The notes beneath the pieces were generated by a model. The model did not search any database, was not told the DNA's origin, and saw only the letters and a program-made list of their open reading frames with translations. The position numbers and the translations under genes were made by a program. DNA of 64,000 bases from positions 39,315,741-39,379,740 of the forward strand of contig CM041465.1 in NCBI GenBank assembly GCA_023213395.1, read 5' to 3'. Positions 1 to 14,000 of this stretch are shown piece after piece. How positions within the stretch are numbered: the stretch's first letter is position 1; each line of letters opens with the position of its first letter. The stretch is from Cycas panzhihuaensis (taxonomy: Eukaryota > Plantae > Cycadophyta).

Positions 1-1615
1 GAAAAGTGTATTTGTGTACAAAAGGTTATGGAAAATTATTATTGATGGATATGATGTCTCCACTGATGTAAAAGGGAAAGAAAAACTTAAGAATAAGAAC
101 AGAACAACAATTGTTATTATTCTTGCTACATTAGATGAAGATAAATTTTCTCTTTCCTATCATTTTTTCATTTATGTTACTAACATTAAAGAAGCTTGAA
201 ACCTTTTGAAGGATGTATTTAAAAAGACTCCTAAAGAGGTACAAAAGTTTGTTGAAAAGGCAAATAAGATTATTGATAATTGTGATACAAGTAAAGAGGA
301 TGAAGAAAGTATTATTGATGCTAATAAAAAGGTATATCAAGACAAAGAAGGCATGGGCACTAATGAAACTATGGAGTATGTTGAGATTGATAAATTGAAT
401 AATATTATGAGATATGAAGAACTTGTTGTTGGAGATGTTGATGCTCATGACCTTGATGATGTTGATTCCTCTTCTGATGTTTTACTTTTAGTTAATGACA
501 TTGATGATAATGAAAAAGAAAAAAAAGCAAATGACTCTAGTTCTAAAGAAGAAAATAAAAATGTGTTTGATGAGTCAAAACTTGAAAGAAATTATAAAAT
601 GGGCAAGACCTTATTACTTTTTTATTAGGTGGAATCATTAGAGCTTGGCCGTCTAATAGAAGTTGCACCTAAAATTACCTTGACATCTCATAATACATCT
701 CATAATACTTTAATCTATGAAGGAAGATGGATAGCATTGATAACAAATGGTATTTGCTATGTCAGATCTTCATCACTCTCATTTGATTTGAGGATAACAA
801 AGCAAATTGAAGAATATGTTTCGGTAAGAATTAAGAAGAAATCACTCTTTCCCTACTTTTCTCTTCATGATCAAGTGTTGTTTTTTGAGTCTTATTTCTC
901 TAGCTCATATTCCTGATTGATGAGGGTTGATCTTATAACATGTCTTTTTCATGGGATGGAGCAATTTTAAAAAGTTGAAGTAAAAACTTGTAGAGAAAAT
1001 GATCAGAGAAGTTTAGTGTCTTTGGAAGAACTTATTATGTTGATCTTGCATATCAAGTTGAAGAAAGTCAAGTTCAATCATGTTCTACAACAATGAGAAC
1101 TCCATCAGAAAACTAAGGCAAGAAAATATGTTGAAGACTTCATACTTAGGGTCTTTCCAAGGATGAGGTGCTACAAGTTTAAAAGGACTCTATTACACTT
1201 TCTAGGGGGGACTTTGAAAATTGATGCAATGCACATGTGTACAAGTTGCTTGTCTACAAGTAGTTGGTCTTTAGGATTGTTGGTCATTTTCAAGTATGTG
1301 TTTATTACATAGTATTGTGCTAACATTAAACATTATAGGGGGTTGTTAGAAATAATGTTTAATATAAGTATTGTCCATAGAGTTTAGTGGTCTAATATTT
1401 AATAGTCTAATGTTTGATATTAATATTAGAAGTATATGTGTCAAGTATTAATAAGTGTTTAATTATATCATTAAAGAGTGTTCTCGGTAGTTGTAATGAT
1501 CATGTCATGTAATTGGTTAATTAAGAGGTAGCCAAGTAGTATAAATATGGAGTCATGTAAATCACTTGAGTATAATAAAGACATTTCTTTTGTTTTCACA
1601 CTGTTGTTGTTAACA
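1..1615 (+). mobile_element. Non-autonomous gag-only (TR-GAG-like) Copia-related LTR element, 3' part
   Basis: ORFs 14..199 and 206..628 resemble the Copia Gag N-terminus (LWKIIIDGY...NIKEA*NLLKDVF) followed by an acidic tract. No pol is visible. A G-tract (ataggggg, 1335-1342) directly precedes an LTR. Confidence 0.6.
1344..1615 (+). repeat. 3' LTR (272 bp) of the gag-only element
   Basis: Inverted termini TGTTA...TAACA, preceded by a PPT-like G-run; contains TATAAATA (~1540) and AATAAA (~1574). Confidence 0.65.
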
Positions 1616-2799
1616 TGGCATATGTGATATTAGACCTACGTTCTCCACAAGAGTACTAATATCTCAAGATAGATCACGAAGGAAGGGATATGTTATATTT
1701 ATATCACACGTTTACATCATCCATATTTATTAAAAAAAAGGCAAACTAAACATAAACCAATAAAAGGCTTTAAGAGGAAAGCTTTCAAGAAGGGAAGGTA
1801 TATTATAACTCCTAATGTAAGCTTTGAGGGCAATTTTTTAAGAATGGGGTGTATGTTATGATATGAATCATAGCGTAGGTTAGTTTTGGTAGTCATATCT
1901 AGAAGTCAAGCAATAATAACACATATAAATAAATATGCTAGCTATTATAGAGGTTATTTTGTTTCTTATTGGGCATTGTGTATTCAATGGGGAGTTCCTC
2001 TATTAATATACTATTAGAGATGGGATCTTCAAGTTATTCTCAAGTGGTAGGGTCATCTACCAACAGCCAAATGATGATAGGGTCATCCAACATCAATATC
2101 CTTCATCATTCTATATGAAGCAATGATCTTTGATCATTACATGATTCTTATTCGTGGAATCAGAATTAAGAGTATTTTTGCTTAAGTGGATCCGAAAAAA
2201 ACGTATTAATTTGGAGACAAGATAGGAGCTTGGTGGATAATTTTTATGTAGTCTTCTTTACCTATTTATTTTTTAAAATTAATTATAGTAGTTATGCAAT
2301 TTTTGTTTTCAACCACATAATTTTAATACTAATTTTCTTAGTTTTACTATTTCTGGAAAGGAATACCATTGTAACATTATTATTTGTATTTTAAGGCGTA
2401 TGCCTATTACACTATATGAGCGTCGTGATATTCTCTCATTCTTTGTAAATATGATTTGTTAAGGTGAAAGTTAGGATAATAGAATATGGTGAAATTGAGG
2501 GTTGAGAGTTTTGATGCATAATGTTTTCTTCAATTTTCCATTAAAGAATGTTGTGTTCCTAAGTGAAAAATGGGTTTACAATCTAGTCAACATTTTAATA
2601 AATTAGAATAAAGTAAAATCATGAGGATATCACTACATTTAACGAGTATTTAGTGTGTGCTATTTAATTTAAATTAGTGAATTTTCCCCTTAAAAGAATG
2701 ATTAACTCCTAGCTAGAGTGAGACTCAACCCACTATAAGGGTAATAGCAACATTAACTATCGTGCCAACATTTTCTTATAGTATGACGAAATGACTAAC

Positions 2800-5700
2800 T
2801 TAAGATATCTAGGCTACCTACTTGCTATGTCAACTAAGTAATATTGGGCAGTCTACTTGGACTTTGTGGGTCTACGTTTTTGAGAATTGGGATAATCTAC
2901 CTAAGGTTACATGGAAAAAATTTAGGTAGCCCTAAGTTGACACCCACCAATTATTCTTTAAAGCTAACAAATGAACTATTGGTAAAACTAGTGGGATATT
3001 TATTGGATATCAAGGTGAATGTAGTCAGAACCATAGTGCTAGTGGATTTTATTATCGTAGACATTATAAAAAATATGGTCACTTACCTAAACTTGTTAGG
3101 CAAACCATGGTTGCATTAAATAAAATGCTTATAGAGCTGAAAGGAAATGACATCTACTTTGACCAATGGAGGTAATTAAGTAATATTGCCTATGTTAAAC
3201 AAGGGAAAATATACAGTAGAGGTAGTGCTTGATGATGCCTTTAGCACCACCATAGCCAGTAAGGAAACATCCTCAACATTTAATGAGGTAAATCTCTATC
3301 ATATGAGAGAAGACACTAACACCATGAACAATCTAGAAGAATATGAGCTAAACTATTATCAATATGTCCAACCAAAAAGATCCTCAGATGAAGAAGGAAT
3401 AAAAAACATAATTAATTATTGGATGAGGAAGTCCTATAAGGTGGACCCACCTTCTTTTCATTGTATTCTATTATCTATATATACTTCAACTAATAGTAAC
3501 CAAATGAATAATCATTTTTAGTATATCAGTTTCAATAGTAAAATAGTAGAATTAGGAAGTAATATCATGGATGATCCCTTAGTCAGTATATGTATAATAA
3601 AAAATCATAGAAATATAATACAAGTAAAGTTGCAAGTGAAATCCCTATTTTCCACCTCTAACCCTAATCCTACCCTTAGCCCTCTCCTTAAGCCTAGCCT
3701 TACTTGGTCTGCTCTAGATGATTTGGCCAATCTTCTTCAAAACCCTACCCTTCCCTCCACCTTAGACTTAAAATATATAATAGGACCTCTCTATACTTCC
3801 CTATCCATTCCCGAGGAAGCTTGTTCCTCAACTTCCTCTCTCAAGGTACATCTACCAAGTGAGGATTATATAGAAATCCATCCTATAGGCTTAAGGCCCC
3901 AAGAGGCAATGCCATGTAAAACTAGTATGAGAGAACCTCTTTTTCAACACCCAATATTCGAAGATAAGTTAGGGTCATCCTCTATGGGAAAGGTAGCAAT
4001 CATGTTCTCAGGGAATAGGGTAGAAGGTATTGACTATATTATTCAATGCATGGAATACTGGTTGAAATATAGAATCTTAGATATAGATCTCAGTTGGCAA
4101 TGGACTTTGTCCTTACCCTTTGAGACTAAGCTTGGTGGTGGTACTTATCCCATTAGAATTTACTTTGAGATTAGGCTAATATCCAGTTGACATTTCAATT
4201 AAGATTCAATCCACCTTGAGAATTGATGATTACCCCCTTCCTAGTAGGAGAATGCCCAACAAAGCACCTAAATAGATGTAAAGGAGAATGGATAACTTAA
4301 ATCATCTTAAAATCAAATTGGAGGCACCTATTCTTTTATACCCTAGGTAGGCTAGCCAAGAAGTGGTTTCTTAGATAAGAACAAGTTCAAGAAGTTTCTT
4401 GGATATGATAAGAAAGTCTCAAAATCAAATTGGAGGCACCTATTCTTTTATACCCTAGGTAGGCTAGCCAAGAAGCGGTTTCTTAGATAAGAACAAGTTC
4501 GAGAAGTTTCTTGGATATGATAAGAAAGTCATTTCTAAAATATTTTTTGTATTCATCTAAAAACCAAACTATAAATATGGTATTAAGATGCTTAGAAAAA
4601 TGAGTATAGAAGTATAGTAAACCCTAATGTTAGTTGCAAAGAGCATAGAAAATAGAAACAATGAGGAGGAGGAGGAGGAAGAAACTCACAATTTTCCTCT
4701 AGAATATATCAAATTCCAATATGAACAAAGTGACACAGAGGAAATCCTTGCACATATGATAACAGAGAATCACCAAATTAAAAGTGAGGAAATTAGAACT
4801 ACCAAAGTAAACTTGGGAACATAAGAAAATCCCTAAAATTTTATAATTGGAAATTATTGGAATGATAGAATTGTGGTAGAAGCACAAACAAATTTTGAAG
4901 AATTCAAAGATGCATTTGCATGGTCATAGAAGGATTTGAAAGGCGTTCCTTCAAAAATAGGAATGCACCATATAGATTTAATCAAAGGAGGAAAACTTCA
5001 TAAGGCAAAGTCCATATAGGATGAATTTGAAGTACAAGGAAAATGTGAAAACAGAGTTAGATAGGATGCTTGAAGCTTGTTATATCTATAAGATGGAACA
5101 TAATGACTAGGTAACTCCTATAGTGGTGATAATGGGAAGATCAGAGTGTGCCTTAACTATCACTAATTGAATAAAGTGAATAAGAAGGATCCATTCCCAA
5201 TACCATTTACAAAAAACATATTAGAAATGGTTGGAGGAAATAAGGTGTATTCTTTCATGTATGGTTTTAGCAGTTATAGCCAAGTGAGCATCGCTCTTGA
5301 AGATCAAGCAAAGACCATATTCATTATTGAAAGTGGAACCTACACATACTAAGTAATGTCATTTGAGTTAGTATATGCCCCAACCACATTATAGAGAATA
5401 GTGACCAACATCTTTAATATAATGATAAGAGAAATAATGGCAACATTCTTGGATGATTGGATACTATATAGGATAATAAAAAATCATATGGAAAATCTTA
5501 ATGTTACAAACATGTAGGGAATATAACTTGTGTCTAAATCCAAATAAATACATATTCTTGGTACCATTTAGAAATTATTAGGTCATATCATTAGCAATGA
5601 AGGCTTGCTAATAGATTCTGCCAAGGTAGCCATGATTTTACATTATCTACAACCACTAACAAGGAAGCAACTCAAGGGATTTTTAGGATTAATTAAGTAT

Positions 5701-6415
5701 TATCATAAATTTTTGAAGGGGTATTCAAATATCTATAGACCCCTTGAATATCTGTTGAAAAAAGATATAGATTAGGAATGGGGTCCTGATCAACAGAGGG
5801 CATTCGAGGCATTGAAATAAGCTATAGCCTCCACCTTGCACTTAGATTCCCTAATTGGAATAAGTTATTCCATGTCCACATTGACACCTTTCAATTTGTA
5901 ATTGGATGTGTATTGGCACAACCTAGAGAAAACAATGTGGATCATCTTATCTATTTTGCTAGTAGGAAGATGATGAAAGTCGAACAAAACTACACAACTA
6001 TAGAAGGAGAAGGCCTAGGGATGGTCTATAAATTACAGAAATTTTGACACTATCTCTTGTTAAATCCTTTTGTATTTTACGTAGATCATCAAGCCCTGAT
6101 GTATCTTATCAACAAAGCATTACTGAAGGCATGTATCAATTGGTGGCTAATGCTCTTCTAAGAGTTTACTTTCAAAATCATGGTGAAATTAGGGAAGGCA
6201 CATGTCATCCCTGACCAACCATTGAGAATAGACAATGGAAAAAAGGTTGTTGAAGTGAAAGATGATTTCCTTAATGCAACATTATTCAGTATAGAGGTTA
6301 TTATGGTAGAATGGTATGAAGATATATGGACAAAACTCAGAGAAAAAAGTTGGTACAAAAAGCAAAACCTTACCAACTCATTTATGGGGAATTTTATCAC
6401 CTTAGTTGAGATGAC
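2800..6415 (+). mobile_element. Degenerate non-chromovirus Ty3/Gypsy (Athila/Phygy-like) internal fragment, copy D: protease, long spacer, RT, RNase H
   Basis: Protease-like 2844..3119 (KLGSPKLTPTNYSLKL...LLGKPWL); RT 5167..5352 (DPFPIPF...FMYGFSSYSQV...); RNase H ~5860-6160 (IYFASRK, HYLL..PFVFYVDHQAL). Truncated at 6415 by the copy A LTR. Confidence 0.85.
4305..4530 (+). repeat. 112-bp tandem duplication (2 copies, ~97% identical)
   Basis: aaaatcaaattggaggcacc...gataagaaagtc starts at 4309 and again at 4421; about 3 differences. Confidence 0.95.
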
Positions 6416-7141
6416 TATTGACTTATAGATTTGCTCCTTATTGTAAGATCCTCACTTGTCAAGGGTTTCCACTATAGTGTAGGGTACGTGCAAGTGGTTA
6501 ACATACATAATCTTTATTTATTAAGCTACATAATTCCACAAGTAACTCATACATTCACCATATATTCCTCAATAAGTACACATGATTTTCTATGTAACTC
6601 TCTCATTTTATTAGATAATAGTCAATATTACATCATATAAGGTCCATTCTAGTCTGACTGGTCAACTGTACTAGATCAGGTACCACTGGAATCATTTACT
6701 TGGATCTCACATCCATCCCAATGGACTGATGCATTTAAATACACTATACATTCTTATCACAGAATGATTGTGTCTATAGTCTTAAATCGTCTATTCTTTT
6801 GAATGGACACTTATTCAATCCTAAATCACTCTTTGTTAATCCTTAACACAATCTTTTGCATGTACAACTTTCCACGTGTCACATGTTCTGTAACCGTTCT
6901 AATCTATTTGCTGTGTTCCTACTGTCCAATGTCCATTCCTTTCTCTGTTCGATGTGTTCCTGCTGTACAACATCTGTTCCTGCGATGTGATGGACTACAT
7001 TCCAGTTCTGTTTCATCCATTCCTTGTCCTGAATGCATGTCGATTGATTGCTTTACCAAAATACCCACTAGTTCTTCATGCATTCCTTTTCTTAAACGCA
7101 TGGATATCAAATATAACCACAACATCTATTTAGGGTCAATA
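6416..7141 (-). repeat. 3' LTR of Gypsy copy A (~726 bp)
   Basis: Termini TATTGAC...GTCAATA (deaminated TGTTGAC...GTCAACA). Both ends match the LTR at 62501-63326 (gactta..gatttg.tcc; aacatctat...ggtcaa). Confidence 0.75.
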
Positions 7142-7219
7142 AAAATTAGTTGAGCATCCATGCTCAATTTTAAAAAAAATGAAAATTTTGTGCTTTCTTC
7201 TCCTCCCCCTTTTCTGAAG

Positions 7220-8330
7220 TTAGATCTGCTCCTACAGTTCTGGTTAGTCTCTTGGCTTGGTGGCTCTTAACATATCTTCATTGATCTGTGCAAGGATAGT
7301 TATTATTGCATCATTTTCCTTAAGCTTTTTCTACAATTCCATTATTTGTGCCTTGTATCCCTCTTTCAACTCTTGTAGCAGCTGAATGATCTGTGTACCC
7401 TTTCCACTTAAGGGTGTTTGTGAAGAACCTTCACCTGGTTCTGAAACTGCTTGAGGAAGCCCCGTTTCCCACTCTGTTGGTAGCTACTCTTCTTTTGGTT
7501 GTTCCCAGCTTCTTTTCAGGCCTCTTTTTGTTGCTTGCTCTTATTGAAGTGGAAAAGAGGTCCTAGGTTTGTGCCATACCTATTTCAAGACTTTAGCCAT
7601 CTTTGCTTTGACCTGTCACTTTACCCCTGGGTCTTAGGTACTACTTGGTATAATGTTAATCCACCTTTTTATCATTGGTTCCCCCAGTTAAATGGGCAAG
7701 GAAGGGTGATGAATATCTGGACACTGTTAAAATAACAAGGCTAGCAACACCGATGGTTATCTAAAGGGGTTACTTTAGAGCTCCCCTAATTGCTACTCAA
7801 TGTTATTGGCTAAGAATTCACACCAATTCATCTTGACCCCATATCTCGAAGTGTTAGCAATAAGGGTACTAACCCTCCAGGAATGTAAGTATGCTTTTGC
7901 TTCAAAAGGAATTTGGATACTGGAATTTTGATAGCCCATTACAATTCTCTATCTGCAATATCCATAATTTGAACGGCACCATAATAGATCTGAGTGTTTG
8001 GTGTATAAAGTTCTCTTATTCATGTATCCCTATCTACTTCAGATTTCTTTGTTACCATGGGGGTTTCTCCTTCCTTGGATAACCTTATTACTTCATGAAT
8101 GGTTGTCGCATCGATTTTTACGTTTTCCCTATTCCATTTTACTACTACAATGATTTCTTCCATTAACTGTGAGTCCCAATATAGAGGAGGCATGATGACA
8201 AAGTCCTCCTATCTGGCTTTCTTGATTTTTATCTTGAATTCTTTTGATAATTCTTTAAATTCTCCTAAAGATTTAGCAAATAGGTTTCCTGGATACCTGC
8301 AATCTTCATTTCTGTGGGCATACGTTCCTT
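7220..8330 (-). pseudogene. Extra (env-position) ORF of Gypsy copy A, disrupted
   Basis: Hand translation GVKMNWCEFLANNIE*QLGEL*SNPFR*PSVLLALLF*QCP...IIQLLQELKEGYKAQI...KENDAIITILAQINE aligns with ORF 63404..63982. Confidence 0.8.
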
Positions 8331-11022
8331 AATTCATACGACTGAGTAGACCGTTTCTTTATGGGCTATATCTGGCTTTATTCATCCATGCATTCAAATG
8401 ACATAATGATTATAGGGTTTTACTCTTTATACTTTTCTTTTTTTAATCCATTCAAGTCACATTCCTATTTAGGAACACATACTATTTAGTCTATTCCATT
8501 TCTAGAATGGTTCTATTTTCTGGTTATTTTTTGTCTCATCCATTCCCTTGGAGTAATGTACCATCTTTTGAGGGTTCCTTTTGCTTGGTTACATTCTCAA
8601 TTTGGGATGTAAGGTGTATTTTGCTTGGACCTTTGTCTAGATATATGAATTTTATGAGTTATGGTTAATTTTTTTCCATTTTTAATTTTTTCGTAAGGAT
8701 TTTTATGTTGATCAACTCAATAGGACATCCGAACTTAGTGATCATAATTTCATAGAGAAACCTAGCTATACTAGTTGAATATGCTTTTCTTAGTGGTTGC
8801 GCTTCCACCCATTTCATGGCATAATCCATGGCCACCAAAATATAACGTGCTTATGTTCATCTGACGGCTGGTTTAATGGGTCCATTAAAATCTAGGCCCT
8901 ATTTCTCAAAGGGTGCCAAGGGAAGAATTGGTTTTAAGGGATTGAGATCTCATTTATTGGGTTTCCCTACTCTTTGGAAATAGTCACATCTTTTTACCCA
9001 TTGTTTTACATCCTCAAACATGGTTGGCCACTAAATTCAGCTGTTAAGATTTTTCTCTATGCATTCTTTATCCCTGCATGTCCTCCAGCAACACCCTCAT
9101 GGGCCTGAGATATTACTTGGTTTATTTCGTGCAGATGAATACATCAACACAAAACATCATTTGGCCGTAGGCGATATAACTTTCCCCTAATAAATTAGTA
9201 AGGCTCCTCCTTCCTTACTAAGTTTTTCCTCTGCACCTTATCCATGGTTGGTGGATATTGCCCTGTAACTAACAATTCTATTATGTCTTGATATCATTCT
9301 ATGGGGATTGATTCTACGTTGAAGACTATTGCATCTGGAAAGTCATCTGGGATTCCTACCGCCTTTTTAGTGTTATGTATTCTTGAGAGTTGGTTAGGAA
9401 TAATATGAGCTTTCCCTAGTTTCACTATGATTCGAAAAGTAAATTCTTGGAAACATCAACCAACGACTGATATGCGCTCTCAACAACGGTTTATTTATCA
9501 AGTGCATAAGGGCCTGATTATCCACTTAAAATATGAAAGGATTTGCCAATAAATAATGGCGAAACCTTTGTAAGGCATATACCTTCTAAATCCTTCCTTT
9601 TTGTTATTGTGTAATTTTGTTCAGCCTTGGTTAATTTCCAACTGGTGAAGTATATGGGTCTATCCATGTTATTGTCCCCTGGTTATGCAAGAACAAATCC
9701 AATTGCATACTAGGAGGTGTCTACATGCACATGGAATATTTTGTTCCAACCTATAAAACGTAATATAGGAGCCAATTCTATTGCATGATTTAGGGTTTTG
9801 AATGCTTTTTGTTGGTCTGGCCTCCATTGCCAATCCATTTGCTTTTTTAGAAGATCTTCAAGTGGTCTTGTTATCTAAGCATAATCTTTCACAAACTTTC
9901 AATAATATCCTGTTAACCCTAAGAATTCTTTTATTTTCTTTTGGTTCTAAGGTTGGGGAAAATGTAAGATGGCTACTATCTTGGTCAGATCTACCATTAA
10001 CCAATCTTTACTTATGATATGGCCCAGAAGGTTGACAAAGGGTACCAAGAAGGTGTACTTTTCTGGGTTTAGGCATAACTTATTTTCTCTACAGGTTTGT
10101 AACATCATTTTTATGTTTTCCATATGGTTTTTCATTACTCCAAATAAAGTTTAGTCATCCAAAAATACAACAACTATTTTTCCAATCAATCTTTTAAATA
10201 TGTTGAGTACTATACGTTGAAAGGTTGCTAGAGCATTCGTGAGTCCAAATGGCATGACTCGGTATGTGTATGTTTCACATTTAGTTATGAAAGCAGTCTT
10301 ATGTTGATCCTCAAGTACAATGTTCACGTGATTATATCCACTAAATTTATTTGTGAAGGAATAGACTTCTTTTCCCACTAAAGTTTCTAAAATTTCTTCT
10401 ATGAAAAGAATTAGAAATGAATCTTTTTCGATAACTTATTAAGCTATCGGTAATCTATGCATATTGAGATTTTCCCATTCTTCTTTGGTACGACCACAAC
10501 GCCACTTACCCAATCACTATACTCAATTTCATATATGTATCCAACTTCTAACATTTTGTCTAATTCTGCCTTTATTTTTTCTTTGTATCTTGGATTCATC
10601 CTATAGGGTATTTATTTCACGGGTTTCACCCCTTCAATTAAATCAATGTGATGCATCCCAATTTTAGGTGAGATTCCCCTAGGATCTTATAGGACCAAGC
10701 AAAGACATCTAGGTATTTTTTTAATAGTGCTTGGGTCTTTGCCACTATTTTTTCATCATAATAGTTTCTGATCATAATGTTTTTAGGGTTTGTTTCTGAC
10801 CCAAGGTTTATTTGAGTTGTCTAGGGTTCTTCCTGTTGCTTTTCTTCTTCCACTGGGTGGGTAGGTGTATCCTCTATGTCTCTTTGTTCATACCTCAATT
10901 CTGTATATTCTGGAGGTAGGTTTTTAGCTTTTTCTTTCTTCCCCCTTTCTATTAGAGTATAATGTTTAATGTTGTATGTGTCTAAGTAAGTATGTCTTAG
11001 GGTCAATAGTCATAGTCCTAAG

Positions 11023-14000
11023 TATTAGGGTCTAAGAATCATTTATTAGTATATATTATGTGGGAAGATAGAAGTTCATTAGTTAGTTAGTTAGTGTAAT
11101 GTCATTGGCTAGGTTAGAGGTAATTGTCCCACATGTATTACATCTCTTGTATGTTCTCCCATCTATTATATATATAAAGGTGGTTAAGGTAGTGTATGAA
11201 AACAAGTCATCATTGGGATGCATGTTGAGTCTATGGTGCATTAATATTCTGATATAATCTATTTATATTATGTTAATATAAACATTGCCTTGTTCATTGA
11301 TATTATTGGAGTTGAATGCTTTCCATTATAAAATTCAACATAGTATTAGAGCAGGCCATCCTACAATAAGAAGAAGATTGAGAGAGAAGAAGATCAATAA
11401 AGGACAGAGAGGTCAAGCAAGGAGGGGGATCTGTCAAGTCAATTACTAGATTTGGAGATCAAATTAAAAGAGAAGGTTCAAGACCCTGTGCGCCAGGTAA
11501 TATCACTTCTTTATTGTGTTATCATTTATCTTGGAGATTGAGGCTAGTATGTATGGAGAAGCAATCACATTAAAGTTGTTTTAAGAATTGATGTTTGAGG
11601 TTGTTTATTGGATCAATGTTTTTTATAACATGCTTATGGAAATCCACCTGCCTGTGTTTGTTAGTTGATTTAGGGTTTGGTAAAACCCTAGCTTTCCATT
11701 AGTTCTAAGTAAATATTGGGATGAAAAAGGTAAATACTCCTTTATCTTTTATGACTATTAAGGCAGAAGAATTATTGTTGCCTGGTCTTGTTGTGAGGAG
11801 GTTTTGTTTGTGAACTATCCACATTACTCCATCTAAGTGTCTCTCTTTCTTAACCAATAGAGGATTTGGATGCTCCATTATTAACAAAGGTCTATCCAGC
11901 ATGCCAAGTTTCGTTTTTGGACCCACAATATAGTCACCAATAATATAAGGCTCAGGTTAGGTAAAAGTAGATCGCAAACTGTGGTGCAGAGAAACCTTGG
12001 ATCAAGTTGTCTATTGTTGAATACGTTGACTCAGGTACTGTCAACCATTATTCCATTTTGAGCAATCATCTTGGCTCTATAAGTCAATGCAGGAGGGCCC
12101 ACATTGGTGATAGTTCTAATGAAGAATGTTAAGAGTTTGGAAGATTTGGTCTAATAAAAAATTATAGAGAATAAAGGATAATTGAGTTTCCCTAGATGTC
12201 CTCTATGAGCAGGGTAGTTGACAGGCTTATGCGTGATAATAAGAATGACTTGTATGGATTCTACAATTTGGGTCGTGCTCCATGTCTGCAAGAAATGTTA
12301 CTTCCATCGAAGAAGTTGATCTCCTTTCCCTGGTTTATTTGAGTGGAACATTCGATTCATTTATACTTTCTCGAGGTCCATTTAGGTCTTTTTTGATTCT
12401 GTATACCGTTCCTGTGTTGATGGTTGGAGCATTTCCAGCATTCACTTGCCCTTGACCAGCATTCAAATTATCATCTAAGCATTCACTTGACCAGCATACA
12501 ACTTGTCGTCTGGGGTTGATATTTGAAGGAGGTTCTACTAGAATGGCTAGATTGCTGGCCCTCACACATACAACTATTGTAATTGTCGAAATCATGTTTC
12601 TCATCATGATGATGTCATTTCTAAAGCCTTCTAGCTCTATGCATTAGAGTTGCTATCTTTCACCCTGGTTCTTTTCATAGAATACCACGTATGTAGGTCT
12701 AACTTCACATAGTGGATGATATCTTCAATGTATAGTACTTATATATAAGCTTTGCTACAGTATTCATACTTATATATGCTGTGCTATATAAGAATAATTT
12801 TCTAAAGTTATTGGGTGTAAATTAAGTCTAAGTTTTGTAGGATAAGGAGAGTCTGATTATAGTTGTATCCTCCTCATCCTCTTCCTTGATGCTTTTATTA
12901 TTCAAATTGAGCACAAGTTCAATCCATTAATGAATATATCACATAACTAAAGCTTTCTATAGATAATCTATAGAAGAAAAGAGGTTTCTACCTTGCTAAA
13001 TTTTGGGTTATTGAAATTCTTTGCCAGGACCCAGACTTGGAACATCTTCTAGTGGTAACAACTGTTCAGGAAATTTTGTATGCTACAGATAATAATAATT
13101 TTGTACTTGCTAAAACTTAGGCTATAGTTAGCAGAGCTTCATTAGTAGGCATTTCTGGAAAACTATTATTACTTGATGATTTTGTAGTGTCTCTTTAGTA
13201 GTAGTTATAGTGAGATCTATCCTACTAGTTTACAATTTTTCAACCTCCATATTTCTTGCAACATGATATACTTTGTCTGTTTCATGTGAAGTAGAAGCAT
13301 CTAACATGACTACTTATGATGTATGAGCCTTTGAGATGATTTGTGATGTATTATGGGAGCTCTTGGTGTCTCACATAACCTATTGCTCTTAGCAGCAGTG
13401 TGGCCTATATTAATTGGCTCATGAGAAGATGTTTTGTTGCCATCCCCTGTGACTTTAGATTTGTCTAAGGCAAGCAAAGGAGATTTCAATCAAAATTTGA
13501 TTGATAGCAAGGGAAGAAGGATAAATTATTTGGTAGAGATATTTGGCTTATTATAGCTTTAAAGACATAAATTTTAGTGAATGATCTCTTTCTCATCTTA
13601 GCCACACAATATGGAGTTAAGTGACATCATTACCTTTATGCCAGAAAAGAATAAACATTGGGTAACAAACACCAATATAGTTTTACCTAAATATGTTGGA
13701 GTCAATTTTCGGATTTAGAAAATTAAAATGGAATGTGTTTTTAGAATAAAAGAATTATGGAACATTGTGCTTGGAAGAGTTTTAATTAATGAAGAAGGGG
13801 AGTTAACCTTCAAAAAGAAAAATAGGATAGTTGTTGATGCAATGGTTGCAGCTTTTGACAAGGAAAACTTTCATCCTTCATACCACTTCCTTGTCCAAAG
13901 TCTTCAAAATATTGATTCAGTTAAAGATGCCTAGAATCTTCTAGTAGAAGTACATGAAAAGGGTCCTGAAGAAGTGCAAAAGAGTATCAGAAGGACAAGG

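Larger units (their letters stand above)
6416..11022 (-). mobile_element. Ty3/Gypsy copy A (TGTTGAC-LTR lineage), 5'-truncated: RT, RNase H, partly deleted integrase, extra ORF, 3' LTR
   Basis: Minus-strand RT (10151..10378 YSFTNKFSGYNHV...TYTYRVMPFGLTNA...VFLDD), RNase H ~9450-9800, integrase ~8700-9250 (PINPLKPILPLAPFEK*GLDF, ending at FGCPIELI), extra ORF ~7220-8330. Confidence 0.85.

Noticed and set aside
1616-2800. Possible hAT transposase C-terminal tail near 1950-2240
   Set aside because: Only a compositional resemblance (Ser/Gly-rich); no diagnostic motif or TIR.
3567-4190. Additional (archaeal-type) RNase H as in Tat elements
   Set aside because: No FDG / E / GDS / NxxAD pattern is visible; kept only as an unassigned domain.
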